Assembly (NCBI GenBank): GCA_043228905.1
Contig: JBHGNT010000008.1
Coordinates: 496,001-560,000, forward strand
Direction of reading: 5' to 3'
DNA length: 64,000 bases
Source of the DNA: Azolla caroliniana
Lineage: Eukaryota > Plantae > Polypodiophyta
Below, piece by piece: positions 51,431-64,000 of the stretch (its first letter is position 1; every line of letters starts with the position of its first letter). The position numbers and the translations under genes are program-made. The notes under the pieces are model-generated. The model saw only the letters and a list, made by a program, of their open reading frames with translations, was not told the DNA's origin and made no database searches.

Positions 51431-54400
51431 TCATTTATTTGTGAAAAAATCAACACAGGATAGTTGGAGTCGCGATTGTGATGATGAATCGCGAACAGCC
51501 AAAAATTGGAACCTGAAAAGTGAAACATTAAGGTTACTTATCCAATGAAGAAGTTATGAATAATTTTTTCTGACGTGTGTTTTGCATTGCCATGTTGCAA
51601 TATAGTGATGCACATACTCGGCCTTAAATACGCTTGCAAACCTATTGTGAAGACACCATGAAGAATAAAATATCACACAAACCTTGTACATACCTAAAGG
51701 CGTTGCATACAGATCTTCTTTCTTTAGCAATTTCAAACGTTCTTCTTTCATAGCGTTGGCTGAAAATTTCTGAATTACGTGAATCAAGTTCACTCCATGT
51801 GCTGCCACTGTCATTGCTCCCCTCCAGAATCCTTCAGGGAAAACCTTATTGACATGATCAAATTCATCTGGTCGTACTTATGAACAAAATAGATATGTTA
51901 CATACCAATTCTTTGGATCACGTTCAGGACAGTCATTCGCAGCCATGACTTCATAAACCACCACCTCTGCACCACCATTGGATGGCAAATAATATGTCAA
52001 CCAACTTCCTGATGCGTAAAACACGTAGAAGATATATTTAATCATTCAATATTTACTTGGTTCTATGTAAAAAATAAGCATATAATAAGAATTTTCAAAT
52101 GAACAAGTCTTCCTGAAATTATCAAAGTACTACTCCAAAATCGGTAAACTATTTAAACCGTTATTCCGAAGTAAAGAGAAGAGGGAGACAGGAGGATGTA
52201 TATCACTTCATAATATACAACCTAATATGATATTCCTGACTATTTTTGTTTGTTTTTGAACAGCAACGCTCATAGTGACACCTTTCTCTTTATGAAGATT
52301 GCATGGCAAATTATAGAGTCCTGCCTTTCAAACTTTTTTAATGATGATCTGAGGAAGTAGTAGCTTAGCACTTTCCTAAATAAAAAATTCCCAATACTGA
52401 AAACTGCACTATTCATTGGCAATCAAATAGAAGGTTTCAACTGTATTGACTACTGTGATTGCATGAAGATATATTCTCTGAAGTGTTGTATAAGGGGTTA
52501 TTTTAGAGGGTTTCAGTTCTCTCTTCATTTATGAGTTACTCTAACATTTCATGAAAGAAAAACACATCTCCATTTTTTTATCAGATTTCAGGATTTCGTT
52601 TTCTAGGTGAAGCAGGAATTTTGTTTGGTTCCAATTAATTCTCTTAAAACTCTAGAACTCAATGTCTATGAGAAATAGTATCTCAAATGTTATAAGTATT
52701 TGGTGTACTGTGAGATGAACATACTATGATTAGTAGCAGCTTAATCTTACTAAATTTTGGCGAACATTATGATATCCAAATAGTTAAACATATCCATCCT
52801 CGTTCAAATCAAGATTTTTGTCACAGGGGAGCTCTTACAACCACAATCAATTATCATAAAGCAGTTCCCTGCCTCGGCCTCTTAAAATTGACATGAAAAA
52901 TTCAGGAAAAAGTAGCATTTTACCTTTAGCTCCATTTGGTTCTTCCCATTTTGTATATTGTAATCCATCAAATGCTGAAGTAGCCTATAAGCATGCAAAT
53001 GTGAGAAAGTACAAGAATATAATCATTCATAGTTTAATTCATAATAAAATATAGTAATGTTGTAGTGAAATCATACAATGCCCAAAGGTAACTCCTCCCC
53101 ACTTGCGTTTGTCCATGCACCACAAAGTCTCTCATTTTTAGCCAGGAATGCTAGTCGGTTCAAAACAACATCATTCTGGGAGGCCTTTTTGATAGCTTCT
53201 ACCATGGTATTCAGGTTTTCCATCATAACAGGCAGAGTCAATGCTGTGTCAATTGGATCTGAAGAAGAAACATAAATTTCCTTGGTATCAAGGTTACAAC
53301 TCAAATTCAGCGCAAGTGCATGGAATATCCGCTGCATCACATTAGTATCAAAGGCATTCAGTACAAGAGATGTACATGATTGCAATGCCACCCTTTTTCT
53401 ACGTGTTCTATAAGGGACCTCCTTGACCTGCTTGAAAATTGTCAGCAAAGTTTCAAGCATGTCGTTCAGTGCATTTGTTGATGGATGGCTTTCACAAAAT
53501 GAACTTAATTCTCCAAGTCCTCTGAAGACTTTGCTAACATGATTATCGACACATGCTCTCTTGGGTCTCGCATTACTTTCTGAGGAAAAAGATGAACTGG
53601 AACTTCCAAATTCACCTCGTGTTCTGCGCCACTCTTCAGACCCTGTCAGCCTACCAGGTAAAACTAGAGACTCATCGTGATCTTGATGACACATATCAAG
53701 CTCTTTAGCTTCCTTCTCATCACGCGCTCTTAGTTGTACCATGTAATCATTGGAAACATGGGTCCTTAGACGAGAGCTCATACTAGAAAGCACAGCTGCA
53801 GCATTTTCTTCACTAATAATATTTCTTCGAAGCCGTACCTTGTAATTATATTAAAACAACCATTATATATGTAAGAGAGTATATGTGAACACCTTGATGT
53901 TTAGTAAAAATTAAAATCAGACAGCAATCTTCAGAGATGCTTTCCAATGTACACACTATATTATGGTCACATTTATAAGGCTTCCAAGGTTATAGTTGGT
54001 AGGCACATACCTCTTTCCAATTTCTAGTATATCGACGAGTAACATCACACACACCATCTTTAGAGAAAGCCATCACATAGTTCAACTTTTTTCCCCATCT
54101 AATAAGCAGAGGAAGCAGAATGAGACACGTCAGCCAGATATTTCAGACAGATACAACTTTACAGCAGCAAATTAATTACTAGTGTCCCAGAAGTGAAGAA
54201 AATGACCCTTTTTCATATAGCAAAGGCTTGTCAAATGCGCCTTCACAAGGATCTAAATGTATCCACCTGTAATGCAGGTAAAACAGTTATCAGAACTTTG
54301 TAAATTATATGAACCATTCTTAATGTAGAACTATACACTAACATCCATAACCAGATACTAATGTTTCAAAATTTAAGTTACAAACTAGCTTTTGCTTAGG

Positions 54401-54983
54401 ATATTTTGAATATGAATGTTTCACCTCCCAAGATGACTTGAAAAACACTCTGTCCATACGTGGTCTGTAAAGTCTACAACCTGAAACAAATAAAACAAAG
54501 TGCACTATATATGTGGTATATATCTATTAAAAATAATGTACATGTGTATATCCATGTCCTTCTATTTCTTCATCAACTAACCAAGCGTGCGTCATAGCCA
54601 AATGCTCTACAGTAAAGTGTAAAACAGTTCGCCCATTCTCCACAGCGGCCAGACCTTGTTTCTAACAACTGCAAAATGCCAAAATCTATTGATAAAATCA
54701 GCTACTTTATGCCAGGAAAAAAAAATATATACCTTTAATGGATCATTGTAACGAGGAAACCGAGTGATATTTTGACATGTTTTGCACCTATTATCAAAAG
54801 AGAAAAGAAAATGAACAGCATGTTTATCAAGAAATGGCATAACTAAAAAATTGATAAAAGAATTAAGACCTGTGTAGTTCAACCCGATTTGCTCCATACT
54901 GAAGATCTTCAGAATTAGGCATACCCATTCCAACATTCACTGTTTCTGCTGCACAATATAGACATTGTGCTGTATTTACCCAT
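51431..54983 (-). CDS. PNG1: Peptide-N(4)-(N-acetyl-beta-glucosaminyl)asparagine amidase (cytosolic PNGase), 3' 11 exons; 5' exons outside the window
   Basis: GT-AG exons on the minus strand: 54983-54870 ([19 protein letters not shown]), 54787-54733 ([14 protein letters not shown]), 54668-54582 ([24 protein letters not shown]), 54480-54425 ([10 protein letters not shown]), 54266-54207 ([17 protein letters not shown]), 54098-54011 ([14 protein letters not shown]), 53838-53077, 52984-52924 ([16 protein letters not shown]), 52008-51906 ([11 protein letters not shown]), 51831-51694 ([13 protein letters not shown]), 51512-51431 ([12 protein letters not shown]..stop). Phases join in frame; the Cys-His-Asp triad and both CXXC motifs are intact. 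Confidence 0.96.
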
Positions 54984-55600
54984 CTGTAATGAATTGAGCA
55001 TTAGATAGTGATCTATAAAAGTTGCCTAGATTCTCATGATGTTGGAACTTAATGTTCATCTGACAACTAATTATTCATCTTTTCTAAACACTGCAGCAGA
55101 AGCTTTTCTTTATAATCCATCGAGCTAACACATTGATTGGTATTTTGGGTTCTTTCACTTTATTTGAATGGCCTTTCTAATCAAATTTATTAACTTTGTC
55201 ACTAAGTCAGCATCGAAACAGTCTTCAGCTGGTATCATTGTGAAGGAGAACTTTATAATGTTGGATTGTCAAACCACCAATAGGGATAGCATAGCTAAAT
55301 CAGTAATCTAGTTATAAACAGCAAAAGCTACAATAATTATGGATTCAAATCTATCACCACTGATACTATTTGAAACATTTGTAACATGATCGATTCTCTT
55401 CACTATCCCATGAATGCAGCCTGTAACCCTGCAATAATTCCCAAGTTGCACATACTCCTGGAAAATGTTGCTATGAAATCAGGATGGAACATATTCACAC
55501 CACACATTCAGAATATGTATAGGACATCATAATGATGACTTTTATCAGCTGAATAGGCATTTTGGCTAGATGTCATTTCTACACCACTATTCTACGTACT

Positions 55601-58600
55601 TGTTGGGGTAAAGGCCCTAAATGACCCCCTTATAGTGTGTACATGAGTATAGGCCTATTTATAAAGGCCAAAAGTCACTAACCACTTTTTCGTTATTTTT
55701 GGGCTAAGTTAAGTGTGAACTTGGCCAACCCTAAATGGGTCTTATAAAACTACTGCAAAGGGAGCTCCTCCTACTACTGCTCTCTCTCTAGCTTTTCTAC
55801 CATAGCTCTACTATTGCATCTAAAGGGCGTATACTAGGGTGAATCCTGAGTATTCCTTAGCCCGATTGAAATCATTCCTAACCCTTACAACTGGTACCAG
55901 AGCAGATTTAGGGTTTCTGAACTTCTGCACAGTTGCTGTACAGCAAAGAACAGGTGTTCAGACCTCTTTATTGTGAGCTATGGCGTCATCCTCCTCAGAA
56001 GTGAAGAATCTTTTTGAGATTCGACGATTTGAGGGAACAGGTTTCGACTTGTGGAAGGAAAGATTGCAAGGAATTCTTTTTTTGAAGGATTGTGAGAGGG
56101 CGTTGGAGGCAGAAAAACCCAAGAACATGTCAGAAGTTGCATGGCAGATTTTAAACAAAAAGGTTGTCATATATATTAAGATGGCTGTTTCTGATGAGAT
56201 CTTGGTAGATCTCAAAGGGTTGGTATCTGCTTCTAAAATATGGGCAAAGATGCAGGCTACATATGAAAACAGTACACCTATTAATCAAGTACACCTAATA
56301 TGAAAGCTTGTTGGCATGCAATTGGATGAGTCCAAGAGTGCAGCTGAACACCTTATAACAGCTGTAGGACTCAAGAATGGCTCCTTTTGATGATAAGCTC
56401 AAAGCCATTTTCCTGCTAATGACACTACCTGACTCGTGGGAGACATTGGTAGTTTCATTGTCTAATAGCCCCAACTTAACCTTTGATGGTGTTAGGGGCT
56501 TTATACTCAATGAAGAGATCAGGAGAAAAGCAAGTGGAGAAGGTGGTAGCTCAGCTAACATGGTTAGAGGTAGGACAAATAAGAGAAGTAACTATGCACA
56601 TAGGAACAAATGTAAAAGCCAAGAAAGGGGAAATAGCAGCAAAGTTAAAAGCAATGACGTAACATGCTATCAATGTGGCAGGAAAGGCCACAAGAAACCT
56701 AATTGCCGCTATTACAAAGCAGAACTTGAAAGAAAAAAGAATTCTGGAGATAAGAGAAAGGACAAGACTAATTTACATGACAGCCAAAAGGACGAAGAGA
56801 AGGCCAATTTGGCCTCAAATGTAGTCATAGAGGAGCTGTCAAATGTTGAGGACATTTTATGTGCTACTTTTTCAGCGGATGATACTTACGCATATGATGC
56901 CTCTCTAAATATTCATTCAGAGGACATGTGTATCACTAAGAATGATCTTATTGATGCTTTGCTGACTGTCAATGATGCATTGGCCCAAAACATGGTTAGT
57001 GTTTTTCTACTTTTATTGTAGGCAGCCATGGCCATGTATACCTTGGAAACAATCATGCATGGTGCTTCATTTCATGTGACACCTATCAAGGAGTGTTTTT
57101 CTACTTTTACTGTAGGCAGCCATGGCCATGTATACCTTGGAAACAATCATGCATGTTCCATTGAGGGTATTGGCACTGTGCGTTTTTCTACAAATGGCAC
57201 TAATGAGCGGGTTTTGCATAATGTGCGTTATGTACCAGGGATCACGAAGAGCTTGCTTCCTGTGGGGCAAATGAATATGCATGGTTATAGCATTCTCTTT
57301 GAGAGAGGATCATGGAAAATGACAAAAGGTTCAAGACTGATTGTGAAAGGCACAAAGAAGGGAACTCTTTATTGCTTACATGGAAATGCTATATCGGGCA
57401 AATTTATTGCTTTGGCTGAAGTTCACTCCCATATAGAGTTGTGGCATAAGAGACTTGGCAATATGAGCTAGAAGGGTCTCACTAGGCTTTGTAATCTAAA
57501 GAAGCTTGATGCTAAAGGCACGAAGCTTGATTTTTGTAATGAATGCCAATATGGAAAGCAAGTGAAACGTTCCTTTTACTCTGGTGTGTCTCATAAGTCT
57601 TGTGTATTTGATCTTGTTCATTCTGATGTGTGTAGCATGCCCACCAAATCTATGGGGGGTGCAATGTATTTTATCTCATTTGTTGATGATTTCTCTAGAA
57701 AAATTTGGGTTCAATTTCTTAAATCTAAGGATGAAGCCTTTGCTGCATTTAAGCGTTTTTATGCATTTGTGACCACCCAAACAGGAAGAAAACTGAAATG
57801 TTTGCATATGGACAATGGTGGTAAGTATACAAGTGTTGAATTCAAGAAATTTTGTGAAATTTTGGGTATTAAGAGAGCTTATTGTTCCATACAGCCTCTC
57901 TTCTAATGGTGTGGCTGAATGATATATAAGGACACTTTGTGAGAGAGTGAGATGCATGCTGTCCACCGCTAATCTCCCTCATGGATTTTGGGGAGAGGCA
58001 CTCAAAACTGCAGTACATGTATGCAATAGATCCCCTCACACGACTTTAAAGGGTGACATCCCTAAAGAGGTTTGGTCTGGCAAACCTGCTTCATATGATC
58101 ACTTACGTGTCTTTGGCTGTGAGGCTTTTGTACATATAAGGCCTGAGCTGAGAAACAAACTTGATGCCAAGTCCATTAAGGGCCTCTTCATGGGATATGG
58201 TGAAGAAGGCGAAATGGGTTATAGGATTTGGATACCCCAGCTCAAGAAGGTTATACACAACCGAGATGTTGTTTTCAATGAGGCAAGGCTGTTTCGAAAC
58301 AATTGTGCCTCAAAAGATGACCATAAAAGGGTCAGATTTCAGCATGACCAGACACCTGTTAGACCCAGTTTTGACCATCAGGATCCACCACAAAGGACTG
58401 AAAATATTGATCATCCAGTGGTTTTGGAGCCAGAAGATGTTGGGCAGCAAGATGAGGATGCTGAGAGGAATATGCGGCCAAATAATAATGCTGAAAATGG
58501 CGCTGAAAATAATGGACAACAGCCTAACAATGATAATTTAGACATGCCACCTGATGTTGATCCATTACCTGACAATATGGATCATTGGGTGAGACGTTCT

Positions 58601-60591
58601 ACACGTATAAGACGAAATGTGAGTAGATTTGACCCTCATTGCACTACATAATGTTGACCAATGAGGGAGAACCTCTTACATATAAAGAGGCAAAGGCATG
58701 TGAACACAGCAATAAGTGGGAGCTTGCTATGCAGGAAGAGATTAAGGCTCTGCATTCAAATAATACCTAGGACTTCGTTGAACTGGACAAAGGAAGGAAA
58801 GCTATTCCTAACAAATGGGTATATAAAATCAAGACCGTTGATGACAAACCCAAGTATAAAGCAAGGCTGGTTGCAAAAGGATATGCTCAAACTAAGGGCG
58901 TAGATTTTCAAGAAGTGTTTTCTCCTGTGGTAAAAATGACCACTTTGTGAGTGCTATTTGCTATAGTGGCTACTTGATTTGGAATTAGACCAAATGGATG
59001 TACATACACCTTTTTTGCATGGTGACATTGATGAAGAGCTTTACATGAAACAGCCTGAGGGCTTTGTTATTCCTGGAAAGGAACGTTTGGTATGTAAGCT
59101 TAATAGAAGCTTGTATGGACTGAAACAAGCTTCTAGACAATGGTACAAAAAGAAGCCATGTTGATCACTGTTTGTATACTAAAAGAGATGAAAGTGGCAG
59201 CCCAATCATTCTTGTACTATATATAGATGATATGCTCATTGCTGCCAAGAAAAGGAGCACTGTTGATGTCCTTAAAAAGCAGCTGAAATCGGCATTTTCA
59301 ATGAAAGACCCTGGGGGAGCTGAACATGTACTTGGAGTAAGATTAGGAGACAATGGGAGCAGCACACATTGTATTTATCTCAAGAAAAATACATTGACAA
59401 GGTGCTGGACAGATTTTGTATGGCTGATGCAAAGCCTCTTGGAGTGCCATTACAGCCATATGATAACGTCTCTAAGGAAGATTGTCCTAAGACACAAGAA
59501 GCAATCAATGACATGCATGGTGTACCTTATGCTTCAGCTTGTGGTTCACTTATGTATGCTATGGTTGCTACTAGACCTGATATTGCCTATGCAGTGGGAG
59601 TTGTAAGCTGATTCATGGCTAATCCGGGCAAGGCACATTGGAATACAGTAAAGTCCATTATGAGGTAATTAAAAGGGACTAAAAATAAATGCCTCTGTTA
59701 TGGAAAAGACCCATTAGAGCGGAAGGGTTTCTGTGACTCTAACATGGCAGGTGATGTGGATACACGGAAATCTACAAGTGGCTATGTATTCACACTTGCA
59801 GGTGGTGTTGTATCATGGTGTAGTAGGCTGCAAAAGGTTGTTGTTTTGTCCACTACCGAGGCAGAATATATCTCAGCCACTGAGGCTTCCAAGGAAGCAA
59901 TATGGTTAGCACGTCTATGCAATGAGTTTGGTTTGCCTGAAAAGGCACCCATTCTTGGTTGTGATAGCCAGAATATGGTTAGCACGTCTATGCAGTGAGT
60001 TTGGTTTGCCTGAAAAGGCACCCATTCTTGGTTGTGATAGCCATCTGTTTCGCAAAGAAAGCTATGTTTCATGCACACACAAAACATATTGATGTGCGAT
60101 ATCACTTCATTCGAGAAGTGCTTGAGGATGGCCTTATCACATTGATAAAGGTCCACACATCATAGAACCCTGCAAATGTACTGACCAAGTGCTTATCCAA
60201 AGCACAACATTAGATATGTATACAAATGGTGGGAGTCACGTAGCTTAAAGGCGTCATTTATGGCTTTAAGTGGGAGGTTGTTGGGGTAAAGGCCCTAAAT
60301 GACCCCCTTATAGTGTGTACATGTGTATAGGCTTATTTATAAAGGCCAAAAGTCACTAATCACTTTTTCGTTATTTTTGGGCCAAGTTCAGTGTGAACTT
60401 GGCCAACCCTAAATGGATCTTATAAAACATAAGTTAAAAACTTTTGGATCTCACTTCAAAGGTGAGCTCCTCCAACTACTGCTCTCTCTCTATCTTTTCT
60501 ACCATAGCTCCACTATTGCATCTGAAGGGCCTATACTAGGGTGAATCCAGAGTATTCCTTAGCCCGATTGACATCATTCCTAACCCTTACA
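55601..60591 (+). mobile_element. Ty1/Copia element 'K3' (Tnt1/Tork-like), decayed, in the PNG1 intron, antisense to the gene
   Basis: LTRs 55601-55889 and 60279-60591; PBS TGGTACCAGAGC at 55892-55903; PPT aagtgggaggt; flanks CGTACT/TGTACT. Gag (RFEGTGFDLWK, CYQCGRKGHKKPNC), GASFH, HSDVC, LYIDDML, STTEAEY. Confidence 0.94.
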
Positions 60592-61329
60592 TGTACTACC
60601 ATCATATTCCAAACACTACTATTCATTAATCCCCCTTCTATGCTTGAGTAATCACATGGATGAAGCATGTTCACACTGCACATTGAAAATATGTAAGGGA
60701 CATCACAGGGATTTTATCAGCTGAATAGGCATTTTGGCTAGAAGTCATTTCCAGACAACTAATTTATATCCTGTCATTATATTCCAATCAGGGTCATCAT
60801 AAATCCCCCACCTATGCTTACCTAATTACATGGATCTGCACATTTCCCATGAGATTTATGTCACAGAAAATTCATTGGTGTCTTTTAAGAACTTTAAAGG
60901 ATTCGCAATTATTTACTTCTAGAACCTCTAAAAACTTCTGACCTTCAAAACTAACCATTCTTGTTAGATATAATTTATCCCCACATTTTGTGATAGTGCC
61001 CCAAATGAGTAGCTATTGTGCAACCTGACCATATGGGTTCATAAGGTGTCAATGTAGGAATCCGTAGATGAGTACAAGAAAATGTGTTTAGGAAAGAGGG
61101 AAGTAGGGTAATAGGATCTACTAGAAGAATATTTTTTGGGCAAGTTGAGATGTACTTAGTCTTGAAGTATGTGCCATTGACTTTAACATAAGTACTATCT
61201 AGCACTAGCTTGTATCTAGGGAGATAGGTCATATTAAATGACAAGTCAGTTGACAGAAAAGGAATATCCGCACTATATCAATTGACTTTCACATTTAATG
61301 TGACACTGAGAGGAAACAGAGAATATAAA

Positions 61330-62932
61330 TACACACTCTCTCTCTATACCAAAATACCACTTGGTACAAAGATGGCCCACTATAAGACACACTTCTTACA
61401 TACATCGGAGGATGGATTCGTCATCAGGCCACCTTATATGGACATACATCTATCCTATGTGCTGCGTAGTGTGATAGGGCAGCTGCGAACTTCATCACAT
61501 CAGCTACAAATTGAGGTAGGCAGATATACACAACTACCTCTAGAAGAGAGAATTTGCCAATTGTGTCATCAAGGAATGGAATCTGAGGAACACTATGTTT
61601 GTCATTGTAGTGTCTTTTATGAAATCAGAGGGAGATACTATTGCCTCTTTAAACAAGGCTTTGGCCCATTATGCAAGGTAATCGAATATGAGGACCAACG
61701 ATGCCTAGGACTTTTCTTGCTAGAGCTCAAGAGACATCGGGAAAAGTTGTTGAACAATACAGCCACACAAGCTCATCCACAAAGAACAATCACAACTTTC
61801 TTTAGCCCCATCACTCCTTATGCTACAAGTCCATCACGGGATACACAAATCGGCTCCAAACAAGGACATAACAAAGGGGTTACAATTGATCGGGCAATAG
61901 CAATTTGTTGTGCACGTAGGCCCCGGCCCCATGAACCACGACCTCGACACCCTTGTCATCAACAGATAAAAGCCATTATCTCCCGCCATCATAGGTGCTT
62001 CCCTCGCTTCGGAGACATTTCCATTCTGGATCGACCTATGTTAGAAATCTTTCGAAGACAAAAGCTACAATCATAGTTCCTAATATTCGCGTACGTCCAA
62101 TTTACTGGACGTACGCGAACGTTTGCAAACGTACATGTATGATACATGATATTCGTTTGGCTTTTTTTTTGGGGGGAGGGGGGGGGGGGGGGGGGGGTTA
62201 ATTTTTTATATTCATAATTCTTTGTGAATAGAAGTGATGTCTGACACACATACACACACTCTCTCTCTCTCACACGAGAACTGATAGATTTTCTCTCTCT
62301 ACAAAATCTAGATATCTAATATACATATTACACACTCCCTCACACAGACAAAACCCATAGCTCCTCTCTCTCTCTCTCTCTCTAGAGTCTAGATATACAC
62401 TCAATCACTGTCTCCTCACACATGCAAAACAGGGCTTCTCTCTCTAGACCACACACGCTCTCTCTCTCTCTCTCTCTCCCCCTCACACACACACACACAA
62501 TGTACACCATATACACCATATGTATATATATCTATGTACCGCGTATGGATTTCAATCATACTTGGAACACGTATGAGTATGATACGAATATTGGCGTTTG
62601 AGTATGACACAAATGGGACGTATGGCTAGAACTATGGCTACAATATACCTAACTTGAGAATCTCACATGTGCCAAAAACCAGATTCCCTCGTTCCTTTTC
62701 TTTTCATCTCATTTACTTTTATATTTACTGTGTAATATTATTTTATTTTGATTTGTTCTCAAAGATGAGACAACACTTAAGATGTAATCTCTTACTTGGT
62801 CTTATAGGCCATTTTGGCCTCTTAAAAGACGTTAATATATCTTTCTTTCTTTCTTCTTTCTCTCTCTCGTTTCTTTCTTCATTCTTTCTCTCTCTCTCTC
62901 TCTTACTGCAAATGTATCAAATGTATCAAATA
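61330..62932 (+). mobile_element. 5'-truncated LINE 3' end (Cys/His-rich C-terminal domain plus probable 3' UTR)
   Basis: LRTSSHQLQIEVGRY..EERICQLC..ESEEHYVCHC..FYEIR in ORF 61282-62076. Followed by a microsatellite-rich tract and an (AATGTATCA)2 tail-like repeat. Boundaries approximate. Confidence 0.72.
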
Positions 62933-62940
62933 ACCATAGC

Positions 62941-64000
62941 TTAGTCCGTGGCTCTTGGAACTGCAAATGTGCACATTGTCTCTCGAGAGCACCAAGGGCT
63001 GCATATGCACGAGAAAGTCGGGCACAAGCAGCCTCCTATAAGGAGAACCTAGGTCTTGTAAATGTTACTCCTCGGTATGTGTAGGAGCATGTGTATTCCA
63101 CCTTTTCCTCTCCCAAGAAGAATTCTGGTTTTGATCTTGTTACCCATGCTTGGGTGGTGTTAAACACCATCACTTTAGTTTTATTTATGTTGATTGACAA
63201 ACCTTTTCCATACAAAATAGTTTTAAGGGATTTAGATGTCTTTGTAGTCCCTCCGGAGAGTCACAAATCAGCACAATATCATCAGCATATAGTAATATTT
63301 GTATAGCTATACCTGCTAGGTGTGCTCCGGAACCCCCAAATCTCTTTATGTACTGTGATACCTCATCTATATAGAGACCGAAGAGTGTGGGGGATAGTGG
63401 GCATCCTTGCTTCACGCCAATTGTGCTAGCCACCACCTCTGACAAGCCCTTAGAAGACTGCACTTTTCCTGACACAGATTCATAGAGTACATAGATTCCC
63501 CATTGCATATCTATAGGAACACCAAGGGCTTCTAGCCGCTGCATAAGCTGAGCACGTGGCACAGTGTCAAAAGCTTTTCGGAAATCCACAAAGCAGTAAT
63601 AAATCCTCTTATTGTGGGCTCTGCCCTCCTCAATAAGGGCCCGGAGGGTGAATATGTGATCCAAAGTTGTGAACCCCTTCCGAAAGCCTGCTTGTCCAAT
63701 TGAACGGCAGCCATTTTGCTCTGCCCATATACTCAATTCTGATTCTAGAATTGAGCCATATAGTTTAGCCAAGTAATGGCCAATCATGATTGTCCTATAG
63801 TTGCTTGGCATCATGGGGTCTCCACTCTTGAGGATTGGCACAATGGTATGTTGAGTCCATCTAGTAGGAAAACCTTCACACATGGCTCTATTAAAGATGT
63901 GTGCTAGCAATGGGAGCAAGGTGTCACGGGCATAGATAAAGTGCTCACCCACCAATCCATCAGGATCTTGGGCCTTCCCAAATTGTAACCTATCAATGGC
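62941..64000 (-). mobile_element. LINE reverse transcriptase fragment (RTE/RTE-X-like), runs off the window
   Basis: NYRTI, QAGFRKGFTTLDHIFTL, FVDFRKAFDTV, GVKQGCPLSPTLF, LLYADDIVL, then TYLG in a shifted frame. Confidence 0.92.

Noticed and set aside
53071-53793. Stand-alone 240-aa gene
   Set aside because: It is the large internal exon of PNG1 (53838-53077).
60975-61330. Possible upstream PNG1 exon or transposase fragment
   Set aside because: No PNGase motif with suitable splice sites and no clear transposase motif.

Overview
Eukaryotic, land-plant genomic DNA. A non-seed plant such as a fern or lycophyte is likely, but that is inferred only from the retrotransposon types. Positions 1 to ~49.6 kb are a deeply nested stack of decayed LTR retrotransposons: 13 insertions, most delimited by TG..CA ends and target-site duplications (TSDs). 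They include chromodomain Ty3/Gypsy elements, Ty1/Copia elements, solo LTRs, a non-coding TRIM/LARD-like element, and several members of an unusual Gypsy lineage. That lineage has a tRNA-Trp primer site, 4-bp TSDs, a -1 frameshift signal with a predicted pseudoknot between protease and RT, and a covarying hairpin before the PPT. Positions 51.4-55.0 kb carry 11 intact exons (minus strand) of the catalytic and C-terminal part of peptide-N-glycanase (PNG1). Its upstream intron (>9 kb, running off the window) holds another Copia element and LINE fragments. The Tcn1-like LTRs also carry antisense tRNA-like A/B boxes and a probable self-priming site. All calls were made by eye; no database searches were run.
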